From assembly GCA_015065265.1 (NCBI GenBank), contig SVQQ01000001.1, forward strand, positions 5,544 to 69,543: a DNA stretch of 64,000 bases, read 5' to 3'. How positions within the stretch are numbered: position 1 is the first letter of the stretch; each line of letters starts with the position of its first letter. Below are positions 34,875 to 45,100 of this stretch, piece after piece. This DNA is from Oscillospiraceae bacterium (GTDB taxonomy: Bacteria; Bacillota; Clostridia; Oscillospirales; SIG627). The notes under the pieces are model-generated. The model worked only from the letters and a program-made list of their open reading frames with translations, was not told where the DNA came from and ran no database searches. Position numbers and translations under genes: made by a program.

Positions 34875-34910
34875 TTTATAATGTCATTTCATTTCGGTTT
34901 TAACCAAAAA
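34875..34910 (-). repeat. right 36-bp inverted repeat
   Basis: It is the exact reverse complement of 34013-34048. It ends 7 nt from the stop codon of the Na/Pi gene. Confidence 0.95.
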
Positions 34911-34917
34911 TTCAATT

Positions 34918-36660
34918 TCACTTAAGCTGGAATTTGTCGTGCCATGCTGCACAAAGAGTAGCAAAATTTCCGTCAGGCTGAGTTTTCACCTCATGCAGAT
35001 ACTCGTGAGTATCAAAAGTTCCGTGGGCTGCTTCAATCATAGCAACCGCAATATTGGAGCAGTGGTCGGAAATACGCTCACAGTTAGTTAAAAGGTCGGT
35101 GAGCACAAAGCCCAGTTCAATGGTACAACTGCCTTTTTGAAGACGTGTAATGTGCCTTGTTCTGATTTCGGTAACTATGGTGTCTATAACCTGTTCAAGA
35201 GGTTCGACGGTCTTTGCAAGATTTATATCCTGCTCTACGAAGGCACGAACGGTAATATTCAGAATTTCGCTAACCGCTTGTGCAACGGTAGTAAGTTCGC
35301 CTCTCGCTTCATGGGAGAAGGAAATCTGTTTATCAAACATTTCACGGGAGACACCAACAAGGTTGTCGGCGTGGTCACCAATTCTTTCAAGGTCGGTTAT
35401 AACGTGAAGAAGCATAGAAACGTTTTTGGAGTCTGCGTCAGAAAGTTGACACTTTGAAAGTTTTACAAGGTAAGTTCCGAGTTTATCTTCATAGGAGTCA
35501 AGAACCCCTTCCGACTCGGTAATTTCAGAAGCCTTCTTTTCATCATACTTATTTAATAGTTCAAGAGAAGCGAAAACCGAAGCTTTGGCAATTTCCGCCA
35601 TATCCTTTGTAGTTTCAAGTGCCTTACCTGCCGCAACAGAGGGAAGAGTGAGCAAACGCTCGTCCAGAAGTTCGGATTGACTTTTACCTTCCTTGATTAT
35701 CTTGCAAGACGCCTTTTCCAAGAGTTTTGCAAAGGGGAAAAGAAGTGCGGTTGTGCACACGTTGAATATTGAATGAATTACAGCAATACTAAATGGGTCA
35801 ATAGGTGAATTTACAAAAGGAATATTTACAAAAGCCACCACAAGCGACCAGATAGCGAGGAACACCAGTGTGCCGATACAGTTAAATAGCACGTGAACTA
35901 TAGCAACGCGTCTTGCGTTTTTGTTAGCGCCGATAGAAGAGAGAAAAGCGGTAACACAAGTACCTATATTCTGACCCATAATAATGGGGATAGCGGAAGC
36001 GAAGGTAATTCCGCCTGTCATTGAAAGCGCCTGTAAAACACCCACAGATGCAGAAGAAGATTGAATGATAGCGGTGAATATTGCACCTACTAGCACACCG
36101 AGAACGGGGTTAGAGAAAAGAGTGAGAATGCTTGTAAATTGAGAATTTGTGGCAAGAGGTTCAACTGCAGTGGACATAAAGTCCATACCGTACATCAGCA
36201 CTGCAAAGCCAACGAATATTGAACCTACGTCCTTCTTTACCTGCTTTTTCGATATCATTATCATAAGAATACCGATAAAAGCAACCACAGGTGAGAAGGA
36301 TTCAGGCTTCAGAAGCCTCATAAAAAGGGAATCACTTTCAATTCCCGTAAGGCTAAGTAGCCAAGCGGTAACGGTTGTTCCTATATTTGAGCCCATAATT
36401 ATGTATATGGACTGACCGAGTTTCATAACGCCTGAGTTTACAAGACCTACAAGCATAACGGTCATAGCAGAGGAAGACTGAATTATCGCGGTAATTCCCA
36501 TACCTAAAACGAGACTTTTAAGAGGATTTGACGTGAGTTTTTCAAGTATTCGTTCAATCTTTCCACCCGCAACTTTTTCAAGTCCGTCAGAAAGCACGTT
36601 CATTCCGAAAAGGAATAAAGCAAGTCCGCCCAAAAGTCCGATTATTGAAAAAATATCCAT
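34918..36660 (-). CDS. Na+/phosphate cotransporter family protein with C-terminal PhoU-like domains
   Basis: 580 aa. The N-terminal membrane half has duplicated QSSSA(M/S) motifs. The C-terminal soluble half has two PhoU-like repeats (DLERIGDHADN, NCERISDHCSN). Confidence 0.8.
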   Translation of the reverse strand: MDIFSIIGLLGGLALFLFGMNVLSDGLEKVAGGKIERILEKLTSNPLKSLVLGMGITAIIQSSSAMTVMLVGLVNSGVMKLGQSIYIIMGSNIGTTVTAWLLSLTGIESDSLFMRLLKPESFSPVVAFIGILMIMISKKQVKKDVGSIFVGFAVLMYGMDFMSTAVEPLATNSQFTSILTLFSNPVLGVLVGAIFTAIIQSSSASVGVLQALSMTGGITFASAIPIIMGQNIGTCVTAFLSSIGANKNARRVAIVHVLFNCIGTLVFLAIWSLVVAFVNIPFVNSPIDPFSIAVIHSIFNVCTTALLFPFAKLLEKASCKIIKEGKSQSELLDERLLTLPSVAAGKALETTKDMAEIAKASVFASLELLNKYDEKKASEITESEGVLDSYEDKLGTYLVKLSKCQLSDADSKNVSMLLHVITDLERIGDHADNLVGVSREMFDKQISFSHEARGELTTVAQAVSEILNITVRAFVEQDINLAKTVEPLEQVIDTIVTEIRTRHITRLQKGSCTIELGFVLTDLLTNCERISDHCSNIAVAMIEAAHGTFDTHEYLHEVKTQPDGNFATLCAAWHDKFQLK

Positions 36661-36676
36661 TTGTTTTTCCTTTCAG

Positions 36677-37696
36677 TTAAAATAAAATCCGTATTGTAGT
36701 ACCTACCCCTACTTCACTTTTTGCTGTCACACTTGCCGACATAAACATAGCACCGTGCTTTACAATGGAAAGCCCAAGCCCCGTTCCGCCGATTTCCTTG
36801 GAGTGACTCTTGTCAGCCCTCCAGAAACGCTCAAAAATATGTGGCAAGTCCTCTTCGGAAATGCCGATTCCCGTGTCGGCAATCTCAAATTCCACTCCGT
36901 CAATGCGTTGACGGATTTTTATTTTAACTTCTCCTCCTTGCTTGTTGTACTTTATAGCATTGTCGAGAAGATTATATATCATTTCTTCGATTATCTGCTC
37001 ACCGCCGAAAACGAAACTCTTGTCACCCGAAAGGGTTATAGTAACGTCTTTTTCCTTTGCCATCATATCAAGGTGCTCAATTACCCCAAGTGTTAAGTCC
37101 CACAAGTTGATTTTCTCAATCTTAACTTCGATGTCTTTACCGTCCAGTTGGGAAAGTTTAATTATGTCACCCACAAGGGTTATAAGTCTGTGGGACTCGT
37201 CAAAGATTTTCCCTGCAAAGCGGGGCACGTCTTCTTCTTTAACAAGTCCGTCACGGATAAGTTCCGAATAACCCTTGATACTCGTGAGAGGAGTTTTCAG
37301 TTCGTGAGAAACGTTGGCGGTAAAGTCCCGCCTCATTTTGTCTTGCTCTGTGTGTAGCAAGTCCATTTTTTCAAGATTTTCTTTAACCTTTTTGTCGTAC
37401 TTTTTAATTTTTTTCTTTAAAGGATAAAGTTCCGTATAGGTGTCTTCCACCCCCATATTTTCAACGTCAAGAGTGTTGATTTTGTCTGCAATTTTTTTAG
37501 CAGTGTTCATGGGAAGTGTCAGCGAGAGCAGTAAAAGCGTGACAAATCCCATACAAAAGGTGGCAGTCAACGCATAGGGAACGTCCTTCTTTGTAAAATA
37601 TACGAAAATAAAAGTAATAAGAGAAAGCGCGAGAGTTATAAGGGATACCCAAAGTGTACTTTTTGCAATTTCCCGACTCAAAGAATTTTTCTTCAT
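36677..37696 (-). CDS. sensor histidine kinase (PhoR-like)
   Basis: Two N-terminal TM segments, the H box SHELKTPLTSIKGY, and N and G boxes (DNAIKY, DTGIGI, GGTGLGLS). Confidence 0.85.
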   Translation of the reverse strand: MKKNSLSREIAKSTLWVSLITLALSLITFIFVYFTKKDVPYALTATFCMGFVTLLLLSLTLPMNTAKKIADKINTLDVENMGVEDTYTELYPLKKKIKKYDKKVKENLEKMDLLHTEQDKMRRDFTANVSHELKTPLTSIKGYSELIRDGLVKEEDVPRFAGKIFDESHRLITLVGDIIKLSQLDGKDIEVKIEKINLWDLTLGVIEHLDMMAKEKDVTITLSGDKSFVFGGEQIIEEMIYNLLDNAIKYNKQGGEVKIKIRQRIDGVEFEIADTGIGISEEDLPHIFERFWRADKSHSKEIGGTGLGLSIVKHGAMFMSASVTAKSEVGVGTTIRILF

Positions 37697-37699
37697 AAT

Positions 37700-38380
37700 T
37701 TATTCCTTTACTTTGTCTGAAATTTTGTATCCAACGCCTCTGACTGTTTCAATAAGTTCTCCTGCCTTGTGGAGTTTTTGACGCAGTGTTCGTATGTGAA
37801 CGTCAACCGTTCTGCTCTCTCCGTCAAAAGAATAACCCCATATAGCGTTAAGTAATTGGTCCCTTGAAAGAACAATTCCTATATTTTTAAGTAGCATACA
37901 AAGAATTTCAAATTCCTTGTAGGTGAGCGTCACGTTTTCACCGTTAACCGCCACGGTATGACGCTCGGGGCAAACGTAAAGTGGACCGATAGTATATTCA
38001 AAGTGCTTTGTGTCGCTCTGGTTTTTTCTGAGTCTTGCCTTCACCCTTGCCACAAGTTCCATAACTCCAAAGGGCTTTGCAATATAGTCGTCGGCGCCCA
38101 GTTCAAAACCGTTCACCTTGTCTATCTCAGAACTTTTTGCACTAAGGAGTATTACAGGCACCTGACAGGTGTCGGGGGCACTCTTTATTTTTTTCAGAAT
38201 TTTCAGTCCGTCCTCTTCGGGAAGCATTATGTCAAGAAGTATAAGGTCTGGCACCTCTTTTTTTATGCACTTCCAGAATGTCGAGGGAGTAGAAAAACTT
38301 TCCGTTTCAAGACCCATACTCGTCAAAGCGTAAGTGACAAGTTCTCTTATGTTGTCATCGTCTTCAATAAGATATATCAA
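37700..38380 (-). CDS. OmpR/PhoB-family response regulator
   Basis: TTG start with GGAGG upstream. The receiver domain has DD..., DLILLDIMLP and a K residue. The C-terminus is a winged helix (VDVHIRTLRQKL...RGVGY). Confidence 0.85.
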   Translation of the reverse strand: MIYLIEDDDNIRELVTYALTSMGLETESFSTPSTFWKCIKKEVPDLILLDIMLPEEDGLKILKKIKSAPDTCQVPVILLSAKSSEIDKVNGFELGADDYIAKPFGVMELVARVKARLRKNQSDTKHFEYTIGPLYVCPERHTVAVNGENVTLTYKEFEILCMLLKNIGIVLSRDQLLNAIWGYSFDGESRTVDVHIRTLRQKLHKAGELIETVRGVGYKISDKVKE

Positions 38381-38417
38381 GACTTTACCTCCCGCATTTT
38401 AATTGTTATGTCGACAC

Positions 38418-38446
38418 ATTTTAACAGGGAAAATATAAATTCACAA
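38418..38446 (-). promoter_or_regulatory. candidate promoter of the response regulator / kinase / Na-Pi block
   Basis: On the minus strand: TTGTGA (38441-38446), a 17-nt spacer, then TAAAAT (38418-38423). Confidence 0.4.
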
Positions 38447-38537
38447 AAAATTTAGGTAAAATATATGTTAAATTATAGACCATCTATTTCCATTATAATT
38501 AAATATGTACTTTTTTTCAATAAAAAAAGCAAAACTA

Positions 38538-38566
38538 TTGAATTTTTCAAAAATATGAGTTAAAAT
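38538..38566 (+). promoter_or_regulatory. sigma-A promoter of uxaB-uxaA
   Basis: TTGAAT (38538-38543), a 17-nt spacer, then TAAAAT (38561-38566). Confidence 0.6.
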
Positions 38567-38579
38567 GTAAATGCTTACA
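38566..38579. promoter_or_regulatory. cre-like / LacI-family operator
   Basis: TGTAAATGCTTACA compared with the cre consensus TGWAANCGNTNWCA: 13 of 14 positions fit. It abuts the -10 element. Confidence 0.4.
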
Positions 38580-38612
38580 ATTTGTAAAATTTACTGTTGA
38601 AAGGACAATATC

Positions 38613-39905
38613 ATGAATTTTGAAAAGAAAATTAGACCCGAGAGAATAATCCAATTCGGTGAAGGCGGCTTTTTAAGAGGCTTCGTTGATTGGATGGTAC
38701 AAAAAATGTGCGACAAAGGCGTACTTGATGCAAGTGTAGTTGTAGTTCAGCCTATCGAAAAGGGTATGTGTGATATGCTTTCAGCACAGAACTGCCTTTA
38801 CACCCACGTTATCAGAGGCGTAGAAGGCGTTGACAAGACACTTGTCGACGTAATTTCAAGATGTGTAAAGCCCTATGATGACTTTGAAGAATATCTCAAA
38901 CTCGCAGACAAAGAGGAAATGCGCTTTGTAGTTTCAAACACTACCGAGGCGGGAATCGTATTTTCAAGCGAAGATAAAATTACCGACGCACCCCCCAAAA
39001 CTTTCCCTGCAAAAGTTACACTCCTTTTGAAGAGAAGATTTGAAAAGGGACTTCGCGGATTTATTTTCCTTCCTTGCGAACTTATCGACAAAAACGGTGA
39101 CAACCTCAAAAAGACCATTCTCCAGTATGCAGACCTTTGGAATTTGTCCGAAGACTTTAAGAACTGGGTAGAAAAAGAAAACGTTTTCTGTAACACTCTC
39201 GTTGACAGAATTAACACAGGTTACCCCAAGGACGAAGACTTAAACCTTGGCTACGAAGACAATATGGTGAACACCTCCGAGTTCTTTCACCTGTGGGTTA
39301 TCGAAACGGATTATGACATTGAAAAGGAACTTCCTTTCTCAAAGGCAGACCTTAACGTCGTTGTAACTCCCGATAAACTTCAAATGTACAGAACAAGAAA
39401 GGTACGTATCCTCAACGGTGCACATACTTCTCTTGTGCCTTATGCTCTTCTTTCAGGCCTTGACACCGTAAAGAGTTGTATCGACGACAAGACTATGAAC
39501 GAGCATATCAGAAAGTGTGTATACGACGAAATTATACCCACTCTCGACCTTCCCGAAGAAGAACTTAAAAGTTATGCCGACAGTGTTATGGAGCGTTTTG
39601 CAAACCCCTATATCAAGCACTATCTTTCATCAATTGCCCTTAACTCTGTAAGTAAATTCAAGGTAAGAGTTCTTCCCTCAATTCTCGAATACAAGAAGAG
39701 ATTTAACACCTATCCTCAGACTCTGGTGTTCTCTTTTGCAAAACTTCTTGACTTCTACCGCACCGATATGACAAACGACGACAAGGACGTTGTCGAGTTT
39801 ATGAAGAAAGCGACTATTCCCGAAATTCTCAAAAACACAGAACTTTGGGGCGAGGATTTAAGCGATTTAGTTTGCGAGGTTACAAAATATGCAGATAAAT
39901 TCTAA
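38613..39905 (+). CDS. uxaB: tagaturonate reductase (altronate oxidoreductase)
   Basis: ERIIQFGEGGFLRGFVDWM, EMRFVVSNTTEAGI, PCELIDKNGDNL, CNTLVDRI.TGYP and NPYIKH closely match E. coli UxaB blocks. Confidence 0.9.
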   Translation: MNFEKKIRPERIIQFGEGGFLRGFVDWMVQKMCDKGVLDASVVVVQPIEKGMCDMLSAQNCLYTHVIRGVEGVDKTLVDVISRCVKPYDDFEEYLKLADKEEMRFVVSNTTEAGIVFSSEDKITDAPPKTFPAKVTLLLKRRFEKGLRGFIFLPCELIDKNGDNLKKTILQYADLWNLSEDFKNWVEKENVFCNTLVDRINTGYPKDEDLNLGYEDNMVNTSEFFHLWVIETDYDIEKELPFSKADLNVVVTPDKLQMYRTRKVRILNGAHTSLVPYALLSGLDTVKSCIDDKTMNEHIRKCVYDEIIPTLDLPEEELKSYADSVMERFANPYIKHYLSSIALNSVSKFKVRVLPSILEYKKRFNTYPQTLVFSFAKLLDFYRTDMTNDDKDVVEFMKKATIPEILKNTELWGEDLSDLVCEVTKYADKF

Positions 39906-41265
39906 AGATAACGTTGAAGTTAATCTTCAAAACGGTCATAAATACGCCATTACAGATATAAATGCAGGGGAAAAGGTAATAAAGTACGGTTTCCCCATAG
40001 GTCACGCCACAAGTGACATTAAAAAAGGCGAACACGTACATACCCACAATATGAAAACCGACCTGACAGGCAAGGTAGTTGCAGAGTATCAACCCTACAC
40101 ACCTTCTGCCCCTACAAAAGATAAAACCTTTATGGGATATCTTCGTGAGGACGGAAGTGTAGGTATCAGAAACGAAGTGTGGATTATCCCCACAGTAGGC
40201 TGTGTGAACGGAATTGCTAAAAAGATTGCCGAGGAAACCGGGGCGAAAACCTATACACATACCTGGGGTTGCTCACAGATGGGAGACGACCAGGACTTAA
40301 CACGTAAAATCCTTTGCGGACTTATTAACCACCCCAACGCAGGTGGCGTTCTCGTACTTGGCCTTGGCTGTGAAAACAGCAACATTCCCGAAATTCAGAA
40401 AGTACTTGGCACATGGAATGAAGACAGAGTAAAATTCCTCAACGCACAGGACTGCATAAACGAGATTGAAGAAGGTATCGCCCTTGTAAAAGAACTTCAA
40501 GAATATGCCTCAAAGACCAAGCGAACACCCGTGAGCGTATCCAAACTCAAAATCGGCCTTAAATGCGGCGGCTCCGACGGTTTTAGCGGAATTACCGCCA
40601 ATCCCCTTGTAGGAAAGGTTGCAGAACGTTTTTACGACCACGGTTCAACTATTATGATGACCGAAGTTCCCGAAATGTTCGGCGGTGAAAAGGTGCTCTT
40701 TGACCGTTGTGTATCAAAGGAAGTTTTTGAAAGTGCCGCTAAAATGGTACAGGATTTCCGTGACTACTTCACAAAACATGGGGAGAGCGTTGCCGAAAAC
40801 CCCTCACCAGGAAATAAAGAGGGCGGAATTACCACCCTTGAAGAAAAGTCTCTTGGTTGTGTACAGAAAGGCGGACAGGTTCCCGTTACCGCAGTTATGG
40901 GTATGGGAGAATGTGCTATGTCTTCAGCGGGTCTTCACCTTGTAAGTGGCCCAGGTAACGATATTGTTGCTATCACTAACCTTACTGCTTCAGGCGCTCA
41001 TATAATTATGTTCACCACAGGTAGAGGAACACCCCTTGGCGCACCTGTTCCTACTCTGAAAGTAATGACGAATTCAGATATCGCTACCCGTAAACCCCAT
41101 TGGACAGACTTCAATGCAGGTGTCCTTGTTGACGGAGAAGATATGGAAAAGGTGGCAGACAGTCTCTTCGACTTATGTATCGAAACCGCCGAAGGAAAAC
41201 TTACCACAAGCGAAAAAACAGGTTGTCAGGATATATCCATTTTCAAAGACGGAGTTATTTTATAA
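39889..41265 (+). CDS. uxaA: altronate dehydratase
   Basis: SAF-like N-terminus (GHKYAITDINAGEKVIKYGFPIGHAT.DIKKGEHVHTHN) and the UxaA/GarD C-terminal domain. The start overlaps the uxaB end. Confidence 0.9.
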   Translation: MQINSKDNVEVNLQNGHKYAITDINAGEKVIKYGFPIGHATSDIKKGEHVHTHNMKTDLTGKVVAEYQPYTPSAPTKDKTFMGYLREDGSVGIRNEVWIIPTVGCVNGIAKKIAEETGAKTYTHTWGCSQMGDDQDLTRKILCGLINHPNAGGVLVLGLGCENSNIPEIQKVLGTWNEDRVKFLNAQDCINEIEEGIALVKELQEYASKTKRTPVSVSKLKIGLKCGGSDGFSGITANPLVGKVAERFYDHGSTIMMTEVPEMFGGEKVLFDRCVSKEVFESAAKMVQDFRDYFTKHGESVAENPSPGNKEGGITTLEEKSLGCVQKGGQVPVTAVMGMGECAMSSAGLHLVSGPGNDIVAITNLTASGAHIIMFTTGRGTPLGAPVPTLKVMTNSDIATRKPHWTDFNAGVLVDGEDMEKVADSLFDLCIETAEGKLTTSEKTGCQDISIFKDGVIL

Positions 41266-41269
41266 AGAC

Positions 41270-41309
41270 AAAAAATAAGACAGAGAAAATTCTCTGTCTT
41301 ATTTTTTTA
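41270..41309. terminator. bidirectional terminator between convergent uxaA and mutarotase genes
   Basis: A 12-bp stem ATAAGACAGAGA / TCTCTGTCTTAT with loop AAAT, flanked by A and T tracts. Confidence 0.8.
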
Positions 41310-42158
41310 TTTAAGTATTTCAATAGAGTGAGTGCGGATATAAGTAGAGTTTGGTGCAACCTCCTCAATACCCTCTTTTGTCTTGAAGTTCTTGTCGGTA
41401 TAAGTTCTGTCGGGAAGTCCGTTCCAAGGCTCCATACAAATAAAGGGAGCACCTATTTCCTGCCAGAGCATAAAGCCTGAAAATCCGTCAAACTCAACTC
41501 GAACAGCCACACTGCCATCTCTTTTTCTTAGAATGGCACTTCGTGACTTAATGTCCTTGAAAACAAGGGTGTCAACTTCAAAATACTCTTTTTTCAGTTT
41601 GATAGTGTCTTCATTATCCAAAATAAGTTGCTTTGTAATATCCAGATAACTCCCGTCAAGGTTATAAGAGAAAAGAGTCTCTTTTTGAGGGAATACAACT
41701 TCGTATTCTTCTACCCCTTCGGGAACCGAATAACCCTCGTGACAACCAATAGAGAAGTACATAGTGTCTTCTCCCTTATTTGTCACCTCAAACCTTACGC
41801 TCATTCTCTTTTCGTCAAGAGAGTATATAACGCGGAATTCAAAGTCAAAGGGATAGCATTTTAAAGTCTCTTCGTTAGATTTAAGGAGAAAGGTAACTTT
41901 GTTGTCTTTAAGGCTCTCTACCTCAAACTCACTTGTATGAGCAAAGCCGTGGAAATCCATATGGTAGGTTTTTCCGTCAAGAACATATTCGTCGTCCATA
42001 AGTCTTCCGCAGATGGGGAAGAGAACGGGTGCCGAGTTTTCCCACCATACAGGGTCTCCCTGCCATATGTATTCTCTCTCACCTGACACAAGGCTTTTAA
42101 GTTCTGCTCCCATGGTGCTAAATTTTGCAGTGAGAAATTCATTTTTTATCGTTATCAT
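41307..42158 (-). CDS. aldose 1-epimerase (mutarotase) family protein
   Basis: ATG 42158 (MITIKNEF...) follows AAGGAG. Typical blocks are LFPICGR, HGFA, and a size of 283 aa. Confidence 0.75.
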   Translation of the reverse strand: MITIKNEFLTAKFSTMGAELKSLVSGEREYIWQGDPVWWENSAPVLFPICGRLMDDEYVLDGKTYHMDFHGFAHTSEFEVESLKDNKVTFLLKSNEETLKCYPFDFEFRVIYSLDEKRMSVRFEVTNKGEDTMYFSIGCHEGYSVPEGVEEYEVVFPQKETLFSYNLDGSYLDITKQLILDNEDTIKLKKEYFEVDTLVFKDIKSRSAILRKRDGSVAVRVEFDGFSGFMLWQEIGAPFICMEPWNGLPDRTYTDKNFKTKEGIEEVAPNSTYIRTHSIEILK

Positions 42159-42168
42159 TTTTGTCTCC

Positions 42169-45100
42169 TTAAAACATAGTAATCTGATTCGTTTCAGGAA
42201 GGTCACCTAAAACACCGTAGGTACGTAGAGTATCGATAACCGTCTTTGAAATACCCGACCTTGTTCTCAGGTCTTCAACGGATAAAATCGGCTCTTTTCC
42301 GTGCATCGCCTTATAAATGCTTTCCGCCGCAGTATCTCCTACACCGCCAAGGGTAGAGAAGGGTAGCCTTATTTTATCCCCTTCGGGAAGGAAGGCAAAA
42401 GCATCGGACTTTTCAAGGTCAATGGGTAAGAACTCAATACCTCTCGCCATACACTCGTTTGCAAGTTGAAGCGTAGGAATAAGGGAAGTCTCCTTTTGTG
42501 TCGCCTCGTGACCTTTGGCACGAATGTCCGCAATAGTACGTACAACGTTTGCCCTGCCACCCATAACAATTCCTGCGTCAAATCCGCCGGGTGCCGCGGT
42601 GAAAAATCCCGCGTAAAAGGCTATTGGCATATAAATCTTGTACCAACCAAGACGTATAGCACTCATAACGTAGGCTGCCGCATGGGCTTTGGGGAACATA
42701 TACTTGATTTTCTTACAAGAGGCAATATACCATTCGGGTACGTTCTTCTCTCTCATTGCCGCTTCATATTCGGGAGTGAGTCCCTTTCCTTTACGGACCT
42801 TTTCCATTATGTCAAAGGAGAGTTTATTTTCAAGTCCGTAGCCAATGAGGTCAAGCATAATACCGTCACGGGTACCGATAACCTGAGAAATGTCACATAC
42901 GCCCTCTTTGATAAGTTCTTCCGCATTTCCAAGCCATACGTCAGTTCCGTGAGTAAGACCCGAAACCTGAAGTAAGTCGGCAAAGTTCTTGGGTTTTGCA
43001 TCAACGAGAACCTGTTGTACGAAACTTGTGGAGAGTTCGGGAAGCCCGAGAGTGCCAAGGGGACAACCAACGTCCTCGGGAGTAAGTCCCAGAGGCTCTG
43101 TTGAACGGAAGAGTTTATATACTTCGGGGTCGTTCATCGGCACTTCCATAATGTTGGTGTTAGAATACCTTTCTATCGCCTTATATTTTGTTGGAATATC
43201 GTGTCCCAGTTCGTCAAGTTTTAAAATGGTGTCGTGGAGATATGAGAAAGCGAAGTGAGTAGTTATAATATCGGAGTTCGGGTCGTCGGCAGGATGTTGC
43301 ACAGGAGTAAACTCGTAGATACTGTTTTCTCTTGGTACAACTATAATTCCGCCGGGGTGTTGCCCTGTTGTACGCTTTACACCTACACAACCGTTTGCAA
43401 GTCGGTTAAGTTCCGCCTTGTTCATAGTAAGATTTTTTGACTCAAGGTATTTTAAAACGAAACCGTAAGCAGTCTTTTCCGCAAGTGTACCCAGCGTTCC
43501 CGCACGGAACACGTTTTCACTGCCGAAAAGTTCTTCGGTGTACTTATGCACTCTGCCCTGAACTTCGCCCGAGAAGTTCAGGTCTATATCGGGAGACTTG
43601 TCTCCGTAGAAACCGAGGAAGGTTTCAAAGGGGATATCGTGTCCGTCGCCCTTTAACATAGCGTTACATTTAGGACACCTCTTGTCAGGCAGGTCAAAGC
43701 CCGAGCCAACTGAAGAGTCGGTAATGAATTCACTGTACTGACATTCGGGGCAGTAGTAGTGAGGGGGAAGGGGGTTAACCTCTGAAATACTTGCCATTGA
43801 TGCAACGAAAGATGAACCAACAGAGCCTCTTGAACCTACAAGATAGCCCTGACTTTCACTGTAATTTACAAGTTTCTGAGCAATTATGTACAAAACCGCA
43901 TATCCGTTTTTGATAATGGAAGTAAGTTCCTTGTCAAGTCGGTTATAAACGATTTCGGGAAGCGGGTCACCGTAGATGCTCTTCGCCTTCTTCCAGCACA
44001 TCTCTTGCAAGTCCTCTTCTGCACCTTCAAGGTTAGGAGTAAAAGTCCCTTTAGGAATGGGACGAATCTCGTCGTCTACCATATCTGCAATAAGATTGGT
44101 GTTTGTAATAACCACTTCTTTTAAAGTCTCTTCGTCCAGATAGTCGAATTCCGACAGCATTTCCTCGGTAGTTCTGAAATAAAGGGGATTTGGTCTGTCG
44201 GCATCGGTGAATTTTGCCGAAACTAAAATTCTTCGGTAAATTTCGTCCTGCTTGTTAAGGAAGTGAGCATCACAGGTAGCCACAACGGGTTTATTCACTT
44301 TCTTTCCCAGAGCGATTATCTGTTTGTTTATTTCGATAAGTTTTTCGGCATTTGGAACAGTTCCGTTTTCTATCATAAAGGAATTGTTGGACAGGGGCTG
44401 AATTTCAAGATAATCGTAGAAAGAGGCAATCTTCATTAAGTCTCCGTAACTTTTGCCCGATAACACCGCCTGATAAAGTTCTCCCGCCTCACAGGCAGAG
44501 CCTATAATGAGCCCTTCTCTGTAACGTTCAAGGAGAGTCTTTGGAATTCTTGGCTGACGGTTAAAGTAGGTAAGGTAAGACTCGGAGACAATTCTGTAGA
44601 GGTTCATCATACCAAGTTGATTTTTAACCAGAATTATCATATGGTAGGGACGAAGCCTCTTGGGGTCGGTATTTTCCGACATTGAAAGGAGCATATCCGA
44701 AATTGTGGAAATACCCTCTTTTTTCAGTTTCTGACACATACACTCAAAGATTTTACCAAGCATTTCGGCATCATCACAGGCTCTGTGATGGTTAAAGGAT
44801 TCAAGGTTGTAGTACTCCTGAAGATTGTTGAGTTTATGCTTCTTTAAGTCTGTGTTTATGTGACGTGAGAGAGCAAGGGTATCAAGATAAGGATTTTTGA
44901 ATTCGATTCCGTTATCTTCTGCCCCCTTCTTGATAAATCCTGTGTCGAAGTTGGCGTTATGGGCAACAAGAATATCGTCCCCTGCAAATTTAAGGAAGGC
45001 TTCTATCGCCTCTTTTGAACTGGGGGCATCTTTTACCATATCGTCGCAAATTCCCGTAAGTTCAACAATGTTTTCGGGAATGGGCATTCCGGGGTTTACG

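Larger units (their letters stand above)
34013..34910. mobile_element. ORF-free 898-bp island bounded by 36-bp perfect inverted repeats (MITE-like or invertible segment; nature unresolved)
   Basis: The terminal inverted repeat is TTTTTGGTTAAAACCGAAATGAAATGACATTATAAA. No ORF of 60 aa or more lies between 33993 and 34918. No target-site duplication is visible. Confidence 0.3.
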
